A DNA stretch of 40,844 nt from a virus. Made by a program: the position numbers and the translations under genes. Shown one piece after another: positions 30,042 through 39,113 of the stretch (the first letter of the stretch is position 1; each line of letters opens with the position of its first letter). Under the pieces are notes generated by a model. That model saw only the letters and a program-made list of their open reading frames with translations, had not been told where the DNA came from and made no database searches. The stretch covers positions 1 to 40,844 of IMG/VR virus record IMGVR_UViG_3300021399_000260; one strand, written 5' to 3'.

Positions 30042-30248
30042 TTAAAATAAAATTTTGTATAACCATACTCCAGCATTTACAATAATTATACCAAACTCAA
30101 TAAATCTTATTACTGCAATACTTGATTTTTCTTTGTATATTCCAAATACAAATTTGGCATAATTTTTGTATCTAAATACTGAATAACTTATATAATGTAC
30201 TAAACTTAATGCCCCTAATATTAACAATATAAACTCCCATAGTTTCAT
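30042..30248 (-). CDS. Small membrane protein
   Basis: Two hydrophobic segments. Confidence 0.45.
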   Translation of the reverse strand: MKLWEFILLILGALSLVHYISYSVFRYKNYAKFVFGIYKEKSSIAVIRFIEFGIIIVNAGVWLYKILF

Positions 30249-30272
30249 ATCTACTCATCTCCTACTATATAT

Positions 30273-30482
30273 TTAACTTTCTAACCAACCTAACTCTTTC
30301 ATACCTGCTATAACTTTATTCATTATATCTGCATCAATATAAACTATATTGTGAGCATCTACAAAATCTTTTATTGCAACTGTTTTATCTGCATAATAAT
30401 AAATATTTACATCTTTGCAATTTTTAGATTTATAGGTTTCAATTATAAAATTTTTATCTTTTAATTCTTCTTTTTTGCCCAT
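30273..30482 (-). CDS. Hypothetical protein
   Basis: ORF track. Confidence 0.45.
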   Translation of the reverse strand: MGKKEELKDKNFIIETYKSKNCKDVNIYYYADKTVAIKDFVDAHNIVYIDADIMNKVIAGMKELGWLES

Positions 30483-30484
30483 TC

Positions 30485-30814
30485 TTAATCTCCTACTATA
30501 TATTTCATTTGATTGAATTGCTCTTTTGTTACGACATCTTTAATTTGATAATCACAAAATGTTTTACCATTTCCATAATAAATATAAGCACTATTTTCTC
30601 TAATATCTACTTTATGTATTAATTTATCATTTACATAGTCACCTTTTTCGATTAAATCTATTATGTTTTCTTTATGATTTTTTATGTCATCTATGTATAA
30701 ATCTATTGTTGCATCTTTCATTTGGGCTGTGTACATTCCATCATTAAAACTAATTATTTTTCCTATATGCCCTGCTACAGTTTTTATATACTCTCCAACT
30801 TTTATTTCTTCCAT
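30485..30814 (-). CDS. Hypothetical protein, SH3-like N-terminus
   Basis: MEEIKVGEYIKTVAGHIGKIISFNDGMYTAQM. Confidence 0.45.
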   Translation of the reverse strand: MEEIKVGEYIKTVAGHIGKIISFNDGMYTAQMKDATIDLYIDDIKNHKENIIDLIEKGDYVNDKLIHKVDIRENSAYIYYGNGKTFCDYQIKDVVTKEQFNQMKYIVGD

Positions 30815-31057
30815 TTATACCCACCCCAATTCTTTGCATTTTTCATTTATTGCTTCTAGTTCAGGTACCTCCAATGCAAGTGGTTTTCTCAGTAAGCCTT
30901 TGTATAAAGTTGCCATTACAGTTTTCATCACAAATGAAATAACATATTCTTCATCTACTGATTTTTCTTTTTTTATGTATTCTATATAACAACCTTTTCC
31001 TTCTTTTCCTTTTTTCTTATAACCTAACTTTTCAAACATCTCATCTGCTTTACTCAT
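30815..31057 (-). CDS. Hypothetical phage protein
   Basis: MSKADEMFEKLGYKKKGKEGKGCYIEYIKK. Confidence 0.5.
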   Translation of the reverse strand: MSKADEMFEKLGYKKKGKEGKGCYIEYIKKEKSVDEEYVISFVMKTVMATLYKGLLRKPLALEVPELEAINEKCKELGWV

Positions 31058-31058
31058 T

Positions 31059-31664
31059 TTATTTGCCCTCCAATAATTCTTTTAATCTTTTGGCTGAAAT
31101 TGACTTAAAATTATATGTACCCTCTTTGGTTTCTTCTTTTATAAATTCCATTATTTTGTCCTTGCTGATATAATTCTTTTCAATAAATTCTTCATTTATA
31201 ATTCGTGTATTTATTTGTCTTTCAAGCTCATCTTTAATGTCTTTCTGTGCTAAATCTATTACATCCTTATATTGTTCATCTGTCATTTTAATTGGATATT
31301 TCTGGTTTTCTTCTTCTAATTCTTTATTCTTTTCTTTTTCTTGCTCTAATTCTTTTTTTAGTTCTTCTACTACTGTTTCTCTTGCACTTATTTTGATTCT
31401 TAACTCTGTATTTTTTTCTTTTTCTTTCCCTAACTCTATTTTTAGCTTTTCTTCATTTTGTGTTAGTTCGTCTACCATATCCCATAAATGCTTTATTACT
31501 CTTTGAGATTCTTCTGTTTCTTGATTATAAAGTTCTTTATAGTTATCTCTTTCGTCTGCTATTGTCATTATTGCATGAAATAATCTTTTAGCCTCTCCAT
31601 TTAATTTTTCTGGTCTAACATTGTGCATTTCATCTAATACTTTTTGTGCTTCTTCTTCACTCAT
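31059..31664 (-). CDS. Coiled-coil hypothetical protein
   Basis: Long charged heptad-like segment. Confidence 0.5.
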   Translation of the reverse strand: MSEEEAQKVLDEMHNVRPEKLNGEAKRLFHAIMTIADERDNYKELYNQETEESQRVIKHLWDMVDELTQNEEKLKIELGKEKEKNTELRIKISARETVVEELKKELEQEKEKNKELEEENQKYPIKMTDEQYKDVIDLAQKDIKDELERQINTRIINEEFIEKNYISKDKIMEFIKEETKEGTYNFKSISAKRLKELLEGK

Positions 31665-31891
31665 TATTCATCACCCTTTTTAGCTACAAGTATTGCTCTA
31701 CCAATCCTTTCGATTGCATTCTCTGTACTCATAACAAATATATAAGCTGTTCCTTGTTGTGGCATTGGAACTCCTACCATATACCTTATTCCATTTTGAC
31801 CACAATCTTTTATCTCATCAATTATCCCTAGACAACCACACCATTTATGATTTTCATTAAATTGCACTACATCATTTACTTCCATTTTCAT
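31664..31891 (-). CDS. Hypothetical protein
   Basis: MKMEVNDVVQFNENHKWCGCLGIIDEIKDCG. Confidence 0.5.
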   Translation of the reverse strand: MKMEVNDVVQFNENHKWCGCLGIIDEIKDCGQNGIRYMVGVPMPQQGTAYIFVMSTENAIERIGRAILVAKKGDE

Positions 31892-32267
31892 CTTCCCCCA
31901 ATACTATATTTAGATCATTTATTACATTTGATAAATTATACTCGTCCATTTCTTTTGCTTTATCTCTTATTTCTGCTATTACAGTTTTGCTTACAAAGTC
32001 ATTTCCCACTGTTTTTATTATTTCGTCATTTAGTTTAACAGCTTCTCCAAGACATTTAATAGTTTTCTTTACCAGTTCATCTCGCCACTTAACTCTTTCA
32101 TCTCCAAATTTATCTGTTTGTATGTATAAATGAAACATCATTCCAGCATTAAATATCCATATAACAACCGCTAACCTATTATAATCATTTGTTTTTATAA
32201 CTAAATATATGTTAAGTGTAAACGCCAATATATATACTAAATACATAATTTTTTCTAATATTTTCAT
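31872..32267 (-). CDS. Membrane protein, hypothetical
   Basis: Two TM segments at N-terminus. Confidence 0.45.
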   Translation of the reverse strand: MKILEKIMYLVYILAFTLNIYLVIKTNDYNRLAVVIWIFNAGMMFHLYIQTDKFGDERVKWRDELVKKTIKCLGEAVKLNDEIIKTVGNDFVSKTVIAEIRDKAKEMDEYNLSNVINDLNIVLGEDENGSK

Positions 32268-32278
32268 TATTACCTCTC

Positions 32279-32596
32279 CTAAATTTTAATTCCTAAATTT
32301 TCCATTTCTTTGCGAATTATTGTATAATCCTCTGGTGTTAATTCACCTGTACGAAAACTGTCTATATTCATCAAAATACGATTAATAATCTTAGGCAATC
32401 TCTTTTTTCCAAACCCTTCAAGATTTAAAACATAAGCTGTAATAACAACCATAACTTCTGTGTAATCTAACAGTTTTTGCCTATATTCTTTTACTATATC
32501 TGCTGTTCTTTCTCTTGTTGTTGCTTCTACTACTTGTTCTAATTTTTGTGGCGTATTTATTTGCTTAGCTAGTTTACGTCTTTTTGCTCTATTCAT
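32279..32596 (-). CDS. Hypothetical protein
   Basis: ORF track. Confidence 0.45.
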   Translation of the reverse strand: MNRAKRRKLAKQINTPQKLEQVVEATTRERTADIVKEYRQKLLDYTEVMVVITAYVLNLEGFGKKRLPKIINRILMNIDSFRTGELTPEDYTIIRKEMENLGIKI

Positions 32597-32607
32597 TTTT
32601 TATCCTC

Positions 32608-33105
32608 CTAAAGATTTATTATGTGATTTCCATTTTCAAATCCATTAATAATTTGTTGTGCAATTTTTTCAGCTTTTTCATATGCTTCTGTTCCTGGTTT
32701 ATTCATTTCTTCTAACTCTTTTTTGAACCTGTCAGAAAAACTTACAGGCTCGCCTTTAAACATTTTTTTTGCTGTTTCTTTGAAATTTTCTGGAATATTG
32801 TATTCTATATAGGCATATGTGCAATCAAAATCATCATCATAATCTCTTATGTATAATTCATGACTTTGAATCTTATTCCATGTTTCTTCATATCCCTCGC
32901 GATTTCCACCACCTAAACGTGTAAATACTCTAATCTTTGTTCCATTATCAATTAAATCAACATCTCTAAATCTATCAAAATATTCCATATTAACACCTAG
33001 CATTCCTAACAGAACTGGTGTTTCATCATTTTTTCCAAATAATGTATTATATAAACTCACTTTTCTAATCCTCCCAAAAATCATCATCGTCATCATCTCT
33101 GCCAA
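32608..33105 (-). CDS. Hypothetical protein
   Basis: ORF track. Confidence 0.45.
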   Translation of the reverse strand: MAEMMTMMIFGRIRKVSLYNTLFGKNDETPVLLGMLGVNMEYFDRFRDVDLIDNGTKIRVFTRLGGGNREGYEETWNKIQSHELYIRDYDDDFDCTYAYIEYNIPENFKETAKKMFKGEPVSFSDRFKKELEEMNKPGTEAYEKAEKIAQQIINGFENGNHIINL

Positions 33106-33254
33106 AGGTAATTTCTATATTGTTTGCACCTAAAAGTCCTCCAATTACTACAAATGCAAATCCTAGTACTATTGTTCCTGTGAATCCCCAGCTCATATAT
33201 ATTTTAATTACCATTGCAGAAAACATAATAAAAACTCCAAATTTCTTCATAAAC

Positions 33255-33497
33255 CTACTCCTTTGGCATTTCATAAGTGAAATCAAATCCTGTTGTTTTC
33301 ATTCTTTCAAATATTTCTGAAAGTACTTCTTTCGTTCTTTCTGCTGTTTTATATCTTCCCAAAATTGCATGTCCATCATTTCCAAATGCAACTACAATAA
33401 CTTTATTTTCTTCTTCTCCTCTATCGACAATACATACTTCCATACTATTGCTAACATTAGCAATCATATCTTTATCTTGATTTAAAATCATCATCAT
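33255..33497 (-). CDS. Hypothetical protein
   Basis: ORF track; VVAFGNDGHAILGRYKTAERTKEVLSEIF. Confidence 0.5.
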   Translation of the reverse strand: MMMILNQDKDMIANVSNSMEVCIVDRGEEENKVIVVAFGNDGHAILGRYKTAERTKEVLSEIFERMKTTGFDFTYEMPKE

Positions 33498-34012
33498 TAA
33501 TCTACCTCTCTTATTTCAATACTTATCTTATCTTCTTCACCATAAGCTTTAAAAACTAATAATCCTACTACTTGCTTATCATCTTTCCACACAACACCAT
33601 TCAAAGCATCTAAAACAGCTTTTGCTATATTATCGCAGTCTGGTTTATGTGTATAACCAACTTGTCCATCAATAAGCATTTGTCTTTTCTTTTTGCTGTA
33701 ACTTTGGGGCGGTGCGTACTCGACATCTATTTTGATATATATTTGATTTTCACTAGGATTGAAATTATGACCATATTTTTGTCGAAACATGTACTTTATT
33801 GTCTCCTCGTAATTTTTAGTTTTTTGAGGTGTATATGTTCGTTTTTGATACATGTTAAATCTTGGTCTTGCTTTTCCAATAGCTTTTTCGTTTATGGTGA
33901 TTTGATAATTCATCTGTTTGTTCTCCTCTTTTTTTTCTGAATTTGATAACATGCGTGTCTTACTTCTTCGTAAATCTCTTTGGTAGTCCATTTTTTTTCT
34001 GTTTCTTTCCAT
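33497..34012 (-). CDS. rusA: RusA-like Holliday junction resolvase (true start probably internal, MNYQITINEKAIG...)
   Basis: KARPRFN...KPDCDNIAKAVLDALNGVVWKDDKQV. Confidence 0.85.
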   Translation of the reverse strand: MERNRKKMDYQRDLRRSKTRMLSNSEKKEENKQMNYQITINEKAIGKARPRFNMYQKRTYTPQKTKNYEETIKYMFRQKYGHNFNPSENQIYIKIDVEYAPPQSYSKKKRQMLIDGQVGYTHKPDCDNIAKAVLDALNGVVWKDDKQVVGLLVFKAYGEEDKISIEIREVD

Positions 34013-34302
34013 ACAGTTGGAAATAGTCTTGCAAAGCCTACATAGTCTCCAAGGTGTGCATAATCCCAGCCAATAAATTTACCTTCTAACTTTTCATTCT
34101 CTGTAACCCATAAATGGTCGCCATAATATGTAATGCCTCCATGCACATCTATATCATCATAGTTTATCTCTATATCGTCTGGCACTTTTATATATGCTGT
34201 AGGGTGAAACCCTAAGTTTAATATGAAATATAATAGACCAAAACAATAACCTGTTGCTAGAATCTCTCTTTTAGATTCTGCGTAATATCTCATTCTTTTC
34301 AT
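33910..34302 (-). CDS. Hypothetical phage protein
   Basis: HGGITYYGDHLWVTENEKLEGKFIGWDYAHLGDYVG. Confidence 0.6.
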   Translation of the reverse strand: MKRMRYYAESKREILATGYCFGLLYFILNLGFHPTAYIKVPDDIEINYDDIDVHGGITYYGDHLWVTENEKLEGKFIGWDYAHLGDYVGFARLFPTVWKETEKKWTTKEIYEEVRHACYQIQKKKRRTNR

Positions 34303-34319
34303 CTTTTGCCCTCCAATTT

Positions 34320-35201
34320 TTACATTTTGTCGAATTCGATTGCGTATTCTTTCATTCTGTGTTTTTCATTCATTTTTCTAAATGCTTTTGCTCTTTGTTC
34401 TTCAATATGCTTTCTATATTCTGTATAAATATATACTGTTGGCTTTTTGCTGTTTCTGTTATAAATATTTTCCAAAAATTGTACTGCTTCGTCTACTGTT
34501 GGTATTGGTGGTACTTTTCCGTAATCTAATACTTCTATAACTTTTTCTTTCAATCTTTTAAAATCCACACAATCTATAATTAAGCAATACAACATCGCAA
34601 CTACTATAAAATTAGTACGAGGTATTTTTTTATATTTTTCTGCAATTTCTTTAACTAAATCTAATCTTTGAATTGCATTTTGATATTCTTCATCTGTTAT
34701 TTCAAGTAAACCATCTCTAATTATATCTGCTCCAAATCTTGTTAAACCTTTTGTTGCAGTAGCTATATGAACTAATGATACATTACTTTTGTGATATTTA
34801 TCTATTAAGTTTTGCATATATGCATAGCTTTTAATTCCTCTTTCTGCATAACTCTTAATGTAATCAAGTGCATTCCAATTGGTTTGATGTACATTCATTG
34901 CTACACATTCTTTAATTCCTATGTCATTTTGAACTATGTATTCAACTGGCAGTTGCAACTGCTTTAATGCTTCAAACCTTCCCTGACCATCAATAATTTC
35001 CATATTTTGATTTACTAGGATAGGACTTGTAATATATCCTACTTTCAATATTGATTTCTTTATCTTTTCAATTCTTTTGCCGTCTACAATTCTGTTACCT
35101 TCTAGTTTTTTAAACATCTCATAATTATTTGTTTCTTTTATTTCTTTCATTCTTTCTTCCTCCTCAAAAAATAACATAGCCATAGCCAAATATATTAGCA
35201 A
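34320..35201 (-). CDS. ParB/Sulfiredoxin-like domain protein
   Basis: YITSPILVNQNMEIIDGQGRFEALKQLQLPVEYIV. Confidence 0.75.
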   Translation of the reverse strand: MLIYLAMAMLFFEEEERMKEIKETNNYEMFKKLEGNRIVDGKRIEKIKKSILKVGYITSPILVNQNMEIIDGQGRFEALKQLQLPVEYIVQNDIGIKECVAMNVHQTNWNALDYIKSYAERGIKSYAYMQNLIDKYHKSNVSLVHIATATKGLTRFGADIIRDGLLEITDEEYQNAIQRLDLVKEIAEKYKKIPRTNFIVVAMLYCLIIDCVDFKRLKEKVIEVLDYGKVPPIPTVDEAVQFLENIYNRNSKKPTVYIYTEYRKHIEEQRAKAFRKMNEKHRMKEYAIEFDKM

Positions 35202-35421
35202 TCTCTACATCTTGTATCTTGTTCCTAAGACGCCATATAAGATTTCTTATTGACAACTCTGTGTAATAATTATTTTCACCATAAACGTAGCAAGCTATAT
35301 TATTAATATTTAATACCTTTCCTTTATTTTTTATTAAATAATTTAGTAATCTATTTTCTAACTTGGTTAACTCAATTACTTCTTCACTTGTAGCGTATAA
35401 TCTTCTTTCTTCATCATGCAC
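35164..35421 (-). CDS. Winged-helix (OmpR/PhoB C-terminal-like) protein
   Basis: LTKLENRLLNYLIKNKGKVLNINNIACYVYG...LSIRNLIWRLRNKI. Confidence 0.65.
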   Translation of the reverse strand: MHDEERRLYATSEEVIELTKLENRLLNYLIKNKGKVLNINNIACYVYGENNYYTELSIRNLIWRLRNKIQDVEIANIFGYGYVIF

Positions 35422-35424
35422 TTA

Positions 35425-36015
35425 CTATTCCTCCTCAAAAATTGCTGATTGTAAATCAAGCTGTTCTTCTTGCGTAAGTTCATTCCATTTTTCATCTTGT
35501 CGCATTTTTGATATTATTTTCATTTGCTTAGAAAAATTTTTTTCGTTGCTTTTATATTTATTAATAAAATATAAATATATATTCTTTACATTCTTTATAT
35601 TCTTATCATTCTTGTTTGTGTTCACTTGTTGTTCACTTGTTGTTCGTTTGTTGTTCACTTGTTGTTCATTTTGATGTCGTTTTGATTGATACTTATTCCA
35701 GTTAACTATTGTAATTAGCCTGTTTTTATTACTCATTTGTTGTTCAATTTGATGTTGGATTTCGTAACTTTTTAAAACGCGTTGCACTTTGTTCTCGTCA
35801 ACCTTCAGTTTTTCTGCTATTGATTTTCTGCCAATTATTAATTGACCAGGTTTTAATATAATTTCTTCGCCTTTAAAAATTGCTTTGCAATTTGTATGTG
35901 TCGCTTTTAATAGCAAATATATCCAAATTGCAAAATAATCAGTATCTTTAAAGACTATTGGATTATCTAATATCTTTCTATATGTCTTAATAAAACCCAG
36001 GTTATCCATCATCAT
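35425..36015 (-). CDS. Phage replication initiation protein (DnaD/replisome organizer-like N-terminus)
   Basis: MDNLGFIKTYRKILDNPIVFKDTDYFAIWIYLLLKATH...IILKPGQLIIGRKSIAEKL. Confidence 0.75.
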   Translation of the reverse strand: MMMDNLGFIKTYRKILDNPIVFKDTDYFAIWIYLLLKATHTNCKAIFKGEEIILKPGQLIIGRKSIAEKLKVDENKVQRVLKSYEIQHQIEQQMSNKNRLITIVNWNKYQSKRHQNEQQVNNKRTTSEQQVNTNKNDKNIKNVKNIYLYFINKYKSNEKNFSKQMKIISKMRQDEKWNELTQEEQLDLQSAIFEEE

Positions 36016-36024
36016 ATTTTCCTT

Positions 36025-36171
36025 TCATTTGTTATTATTTGTATCCCTTACATAACAATCGTAGCCATTTTCAAATATTACTTTTATAAACTCAACTGCA
36101 TCTGTTAATGTTTCAAAAGAAAAAGTAAAATTGTTATCATCGTATGGATCTCCTATCATTATTTCAATCAC
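36025..36171 (-). CDS. Small hypothetical protein (GTG start)
   Basis: (M)IEIMIGDPYDDNNFTFSFETLTDAVEFIKVIFENGYDCYVRDTNNNK*. Confidence 0.5.
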   Translation of the reverse strand: MIEIMIGDPYDDNNFTFSFETLTDAVEFIKVIFENGYDCYVRDTNNNK

Positions 36172-36926
36172 TTATTTTCCTCCATTCTATTTATTTCAGA
36201 GTGTGATTTTGTTTCAATGCTTTTTGCTAGTTTTCTATTACTTACTAGTGCTTGTGTAATTGAATCAAAGTTTTTAACTTCTAATACTTTAGGTAAACTA
36301 CCTATACGTGATTTTTTTACTATTGCTCTTGTTTCTTCACCGTTTTTTTCTAGTTGAATAACTATATCCATCAAATATTCAACTATATCTAGTGCATCGT
36401 ATGTAAGACCTACAGGTTGCATTTTACCATCGACCGTATCCCACACGTTCTTTGCTCTTGCAATCAAAACTAGATTCATTGGTACATCTTTTAATTGATT
36501 CAGTATCGTTCTTGAAGTTTCCCTTCTGAACGCATACCACTTTGTTTTTTGTACGGCATTTAAACTGTCTACTTTTTTTCCTATTTGTTTTTCGTATTGT
36601 GAAGCACAAATATCTTCTATACAATCTAACAAGTCTGTAACTGGATCTATAATTAAAGTTTTTCTATCTGGATATTCACCTTTCAATATTTCTGAAATGA
36701 TATTCTTAACCAAACTAGCTGAATTACATGCTAGTTGATTTGTTTTGTCTATCTCAGCTTTCCAAAAGTTAAATTCTCCTGCGTAAAGTCTTGTGCTTCC
36801 TTCTAAATCTACAACTAATGGAGCTGGTGCTGATAATGCAAATCTACTTTTGCCACTACCAGATTCCCCCCATATCATTACTTTTAAATTCACATCATTT
36901 AATGTTGCTTCTTTTGCTAACGGCAT
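36168..36926 (-). CDS. AAA ATPase, RecA/Sak4-like recombination protein
   Basis: VMIWGESGSGKSRFALSAPAPLVVDLEGSTRL...KTLIIDPVTDLLDCIED. Confidence 0.8.
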   Translation of the reverse strand: MPLAKEATLNDVNLKVMIWGESGSGKSRFALSAPAPLVVDLEGSTRLYAGEFNFWKAEIDKTNQLACNSASLVKNIISEILKGEYPDRKTLIIDPVTDLLDCIEDICASQYEKQIGKKVDSLNAVQKTKWYAFRRETSRTILNQLKDVPMNLVLIARAKNVWDTVDGKMQPVGLTYDALDIVEYLMDIVIQLEKNGEETRAIVKKSRIGSLPKVLEVKNFDSITQALVSNRKLAKSIETKSHSEINRMEENK

Positions 36927-36927
36927 A

Positions 36928-37119
36928 TTACTGTTCCTCCTTGCTAATTCTCTTTTTTAATTCCTCAATGCATTCATTTTTTTTGAACCTGTAATTTGAC
37001 ATAATTTTAGATTGTGCATCTATCTGAATATCTAAAATAGCAATTTCGTCTAACAGTTCTTGGTTACTTAAATCACTTACTTTTATACTTTCCATATTAT
37101 CCCTCCCAAATCCTGTCAT
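36928..37119 (-). CDS. Small hypothetical protein
   Basis: ORF track. Confidence 0.4.
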   Translation of the reverse strand: MTGFGRDNMESIKVSDLSNQELLDEIAILDIQIDAQSKIMSNYRFKKNECIEELKKRISKEEQ

Positions 37120-37287
37120 CTCTTTCAGCTAAATATTCATAATAACTGTCTAAGTTGATAGGATTATCTTTATATTTGTCAAAATATTGGTCATAAATTT
37201 CTGTTGTTTCTTCCATAAAACTCTTTCCTTTTTTTTAAATATTTGTTATAATACAAACATAGCTATTTACTATGTAGTTTAATAATC

Positions 37288-37551
37288 TTAATGTTTAACT
37301 TCTTCCATACTATCGTTGTTAGACATTAAGATTGTTTTTATTTTATTTTGTAAATTAGTTGCGCTATCGAACTGATAGCTGTTAACTTCGTCTTCTATTG
37401 CTTTTAGTTTTCTTGCGTATTCTGTTGCTCTTGTTTCAGCATTAACAAGTTCTATAGATAATTCACTATTGGTTGACTGTAATTCACCTGTTAAGCTTTC
37501 AAGCATGAGTATTTTTTTAGCTTGTTCTTTGATTAAATCAGTATCTGTCAT
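37288..37551 (-). CDS. Coiled-coil hypothetical protein
   Basis: ORF track. Confidence 0.45.
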   Translation of the reverse strand: MTDTDLIKEQAKKILMLESLTGELQSTNSELSIELVNAETRATEYARKLKAIEDEVNSYQFDSATNLQNKIKTILMSNNDSMEEVKH

Positions 37552-37563
37552 TACTTCACCTCC

Positions 37564-37767
37564 TTATCTATAAATTTGTCCTAGTATTTGATAAAACTTT
37601 TCTTTATCAACGCGTATTCCAGCTGTACCTATTTTTTGTATTGCTTCTTCCATTGCAGGTTTTTTAAGTATTCTATAAACCTGTTGTACTGATGTTCCTA
37701 GTTCTTCAGCCAATTCTTTAACTGGGCTGAACTTTCTTCGTGTTCTACTGCAAATATTTGTTGCCAT
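37564..37767 (-). CDS. Excisionase/HTH-like small protein
   Basis: VKELAEELGTSVQQVYRILKKPAMEEAI...GIRVDKEKFYQ. Confidence 0.55.
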   Translation of the reverse strand: MATNICSRTRRKFSPVKELAEELGTSVQQVYRILKKPAMEEAIQKIGTAGIRVDKEKFYQILGQIYR

Positions 37768-37833
37768 AGTATCACCCCTTTCTGATTATATTTTGAGTCG
37801 CTTTCATCTATAAACTTCACATTATGTGGTTTG

Positions 37834-38016
37834 CTAATATAATTTATTAACATTGAAACTTGGATATTTGGTTTTCAACTTTTCTACAAATTGGCGACTT
37901 GGCTTACGTTGACCTTGTTCTACTTTTGCATACAATGACAAAGACACTCCTATAATCCCTGCAAACTCTTTCATTGTATATCTCTTATTAGTTCTAAATT
38001 TCTTTAATTCCTCCAC
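37834..38016 (-). CDS. Cro-like XRE repressor
   Basis: TNKRYTMKEFAGIIGVSLSLYAKVEQGQRKPSRQFVEKL. Confidence 0.8.
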   Translation of the reverse strand: MEELKKFRTNKRYTMKEFAGIIGVSLSLYAKVEQGQRKPSRQFVEKLKTKYPSFNVNKLY

Positions 38017-38031
38017 GTTTTTCGCCTCCTT

Positions 38032-38146
38032 ATCACATTTCGTGATTACATTCTATCACGTTCCGTGGTTTTGTCAATAGTTTTTTTTAATTTTATTCAC
38101 TTTTTGTGGTTTTGTGTTTTATTTTTGACACGTTTTGTGTTATAAT
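38032..38146. promoter_or_regulatory. Divergent lysogeny switch with four operator-like sites and promoters
   Basis: ATCACatttcGTGAT, ATCACgttccGTGGT, TTCACtttttGTGGT, GACACgttttGTGTT; minus-strand TTGACA-16-TAGAAT; plus-strand TATAAT. Confidence 0.75.
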
Positions 38147-38166
38147 AATTGTGAGGGAGGATTCTT

Positions 38167-38493
38167 ATGAAAGGCGAAAGAATAAAGGTTTTGAGAGAGG
38201 AAAAAGGATTAAATCAAAAACAGTTAGCTGGTATATTATCTGTATCTACCAGTTCTATTGGCATGTATGAAAAAAACCTTCGTGAACCTGATGATATTGT
38301 TAAAATCAGAATGGCTAAATTTTTCGATTGTTCTATAGATTACTTGCTTGGCTTGTCTAATTTTAAAAAGAATCCTAATATATCATTTAATATAGATAAT
38401 TTTAGTCAAGAAGAAATAAATGAAATTAAAGTATTTATAAGCTTTTTAAAATATAAAAAGAAAAACAACTTAGGAAAAGGCGAAGTTATATAA
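38167..38493 (+). CDS. CI-like XRE repressor
   Basis: IKVLREEKGLNQKQLAGILSVSTSSIGMYEKNLREPDD. Confidence 0.85.
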   Translation: MKGERIKVLREEKGLNQKQLAGILSVSTSSIGMYEKNLREPDDIVKIRMAKFFDCSIDYLLGLSNFKKNPNISFNIDNFSQEEINEIKVFISFLKYKKKNNLGKGEVI

Positions 38494-38510
38494 ACTAAGG
38501 AGATGATTTT

Positions 38511-38906
38511 ATGATAATGTTTATTATTGAACTTGTTTTTGCAATACTTGGTGTTGTTGGTATCGTTCTTGACAATATCGCATTAATTGTAACTGGACTA
38601 ATTATTATAGCTATTAGCGATCTAATTGATATATTTATTAATAAAACCAATCCAACAACTGTAATACTTGCAATTTTATTTGCAGTAGGAGCTAGTATAG
38701 CAAATCATAATCCATTAGTCTCATTTGCTTTTTCATTGTGTGTTGAAAGTTTGATTATGTCATTTATAGGAATTATTGTAATGTTTAGCAACAATTCAAA
38801 CAAAAATAAAAAAAATTATTCTAATGCTTGGGAAGAACGAATGGATACGTTATATAGCAACAACAACAAAGGAACTTTTTTAAGAGATGTGAAATTAAAG
38901 AAATAA
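38511..38906 (+). CDS. Multi-pass membrane protein in lysogeny module
   Basis: Several hydrophobic segments; co-oriented directly behind the repressor. Confidence 0.6.
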   Translation: MIMFIIELVFAILGVVGIVLDNIALIVTGLIIIAISDLIDIFINKTNPTTVILAILFAVGASIANHNPLVSFAFSLCVESLIMSFIGIIVMFSNNSNKNKKNYSNAWEERMDTLYSNNNKGTFLRDVKLKK

Positions 38907-38938
38907 AAGAGCAGTTCATAAAAGTGAACTGCTCTTTT
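38905..38938 (+). terminator. Intrinsic terminator
   Basis: aaaagagcagttca-taaaag-tgaactgctctttt. Confidence 0.85.
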
Positions 38939-39113
38939 AGTATTGATTATTTTAATATTTTGTTATATAATACTTAACATAAAAAGATAGTACGTACTTA
39001 GCAGGTGACATACTATCTTGCATCAGGGTACACTATTGAAAAGTGTTACATTTGTATTATATACAATGTATCTCCACTTTTCAAGTGTAAATTTGAAATT
39101 TGGAGGTTTTTTT

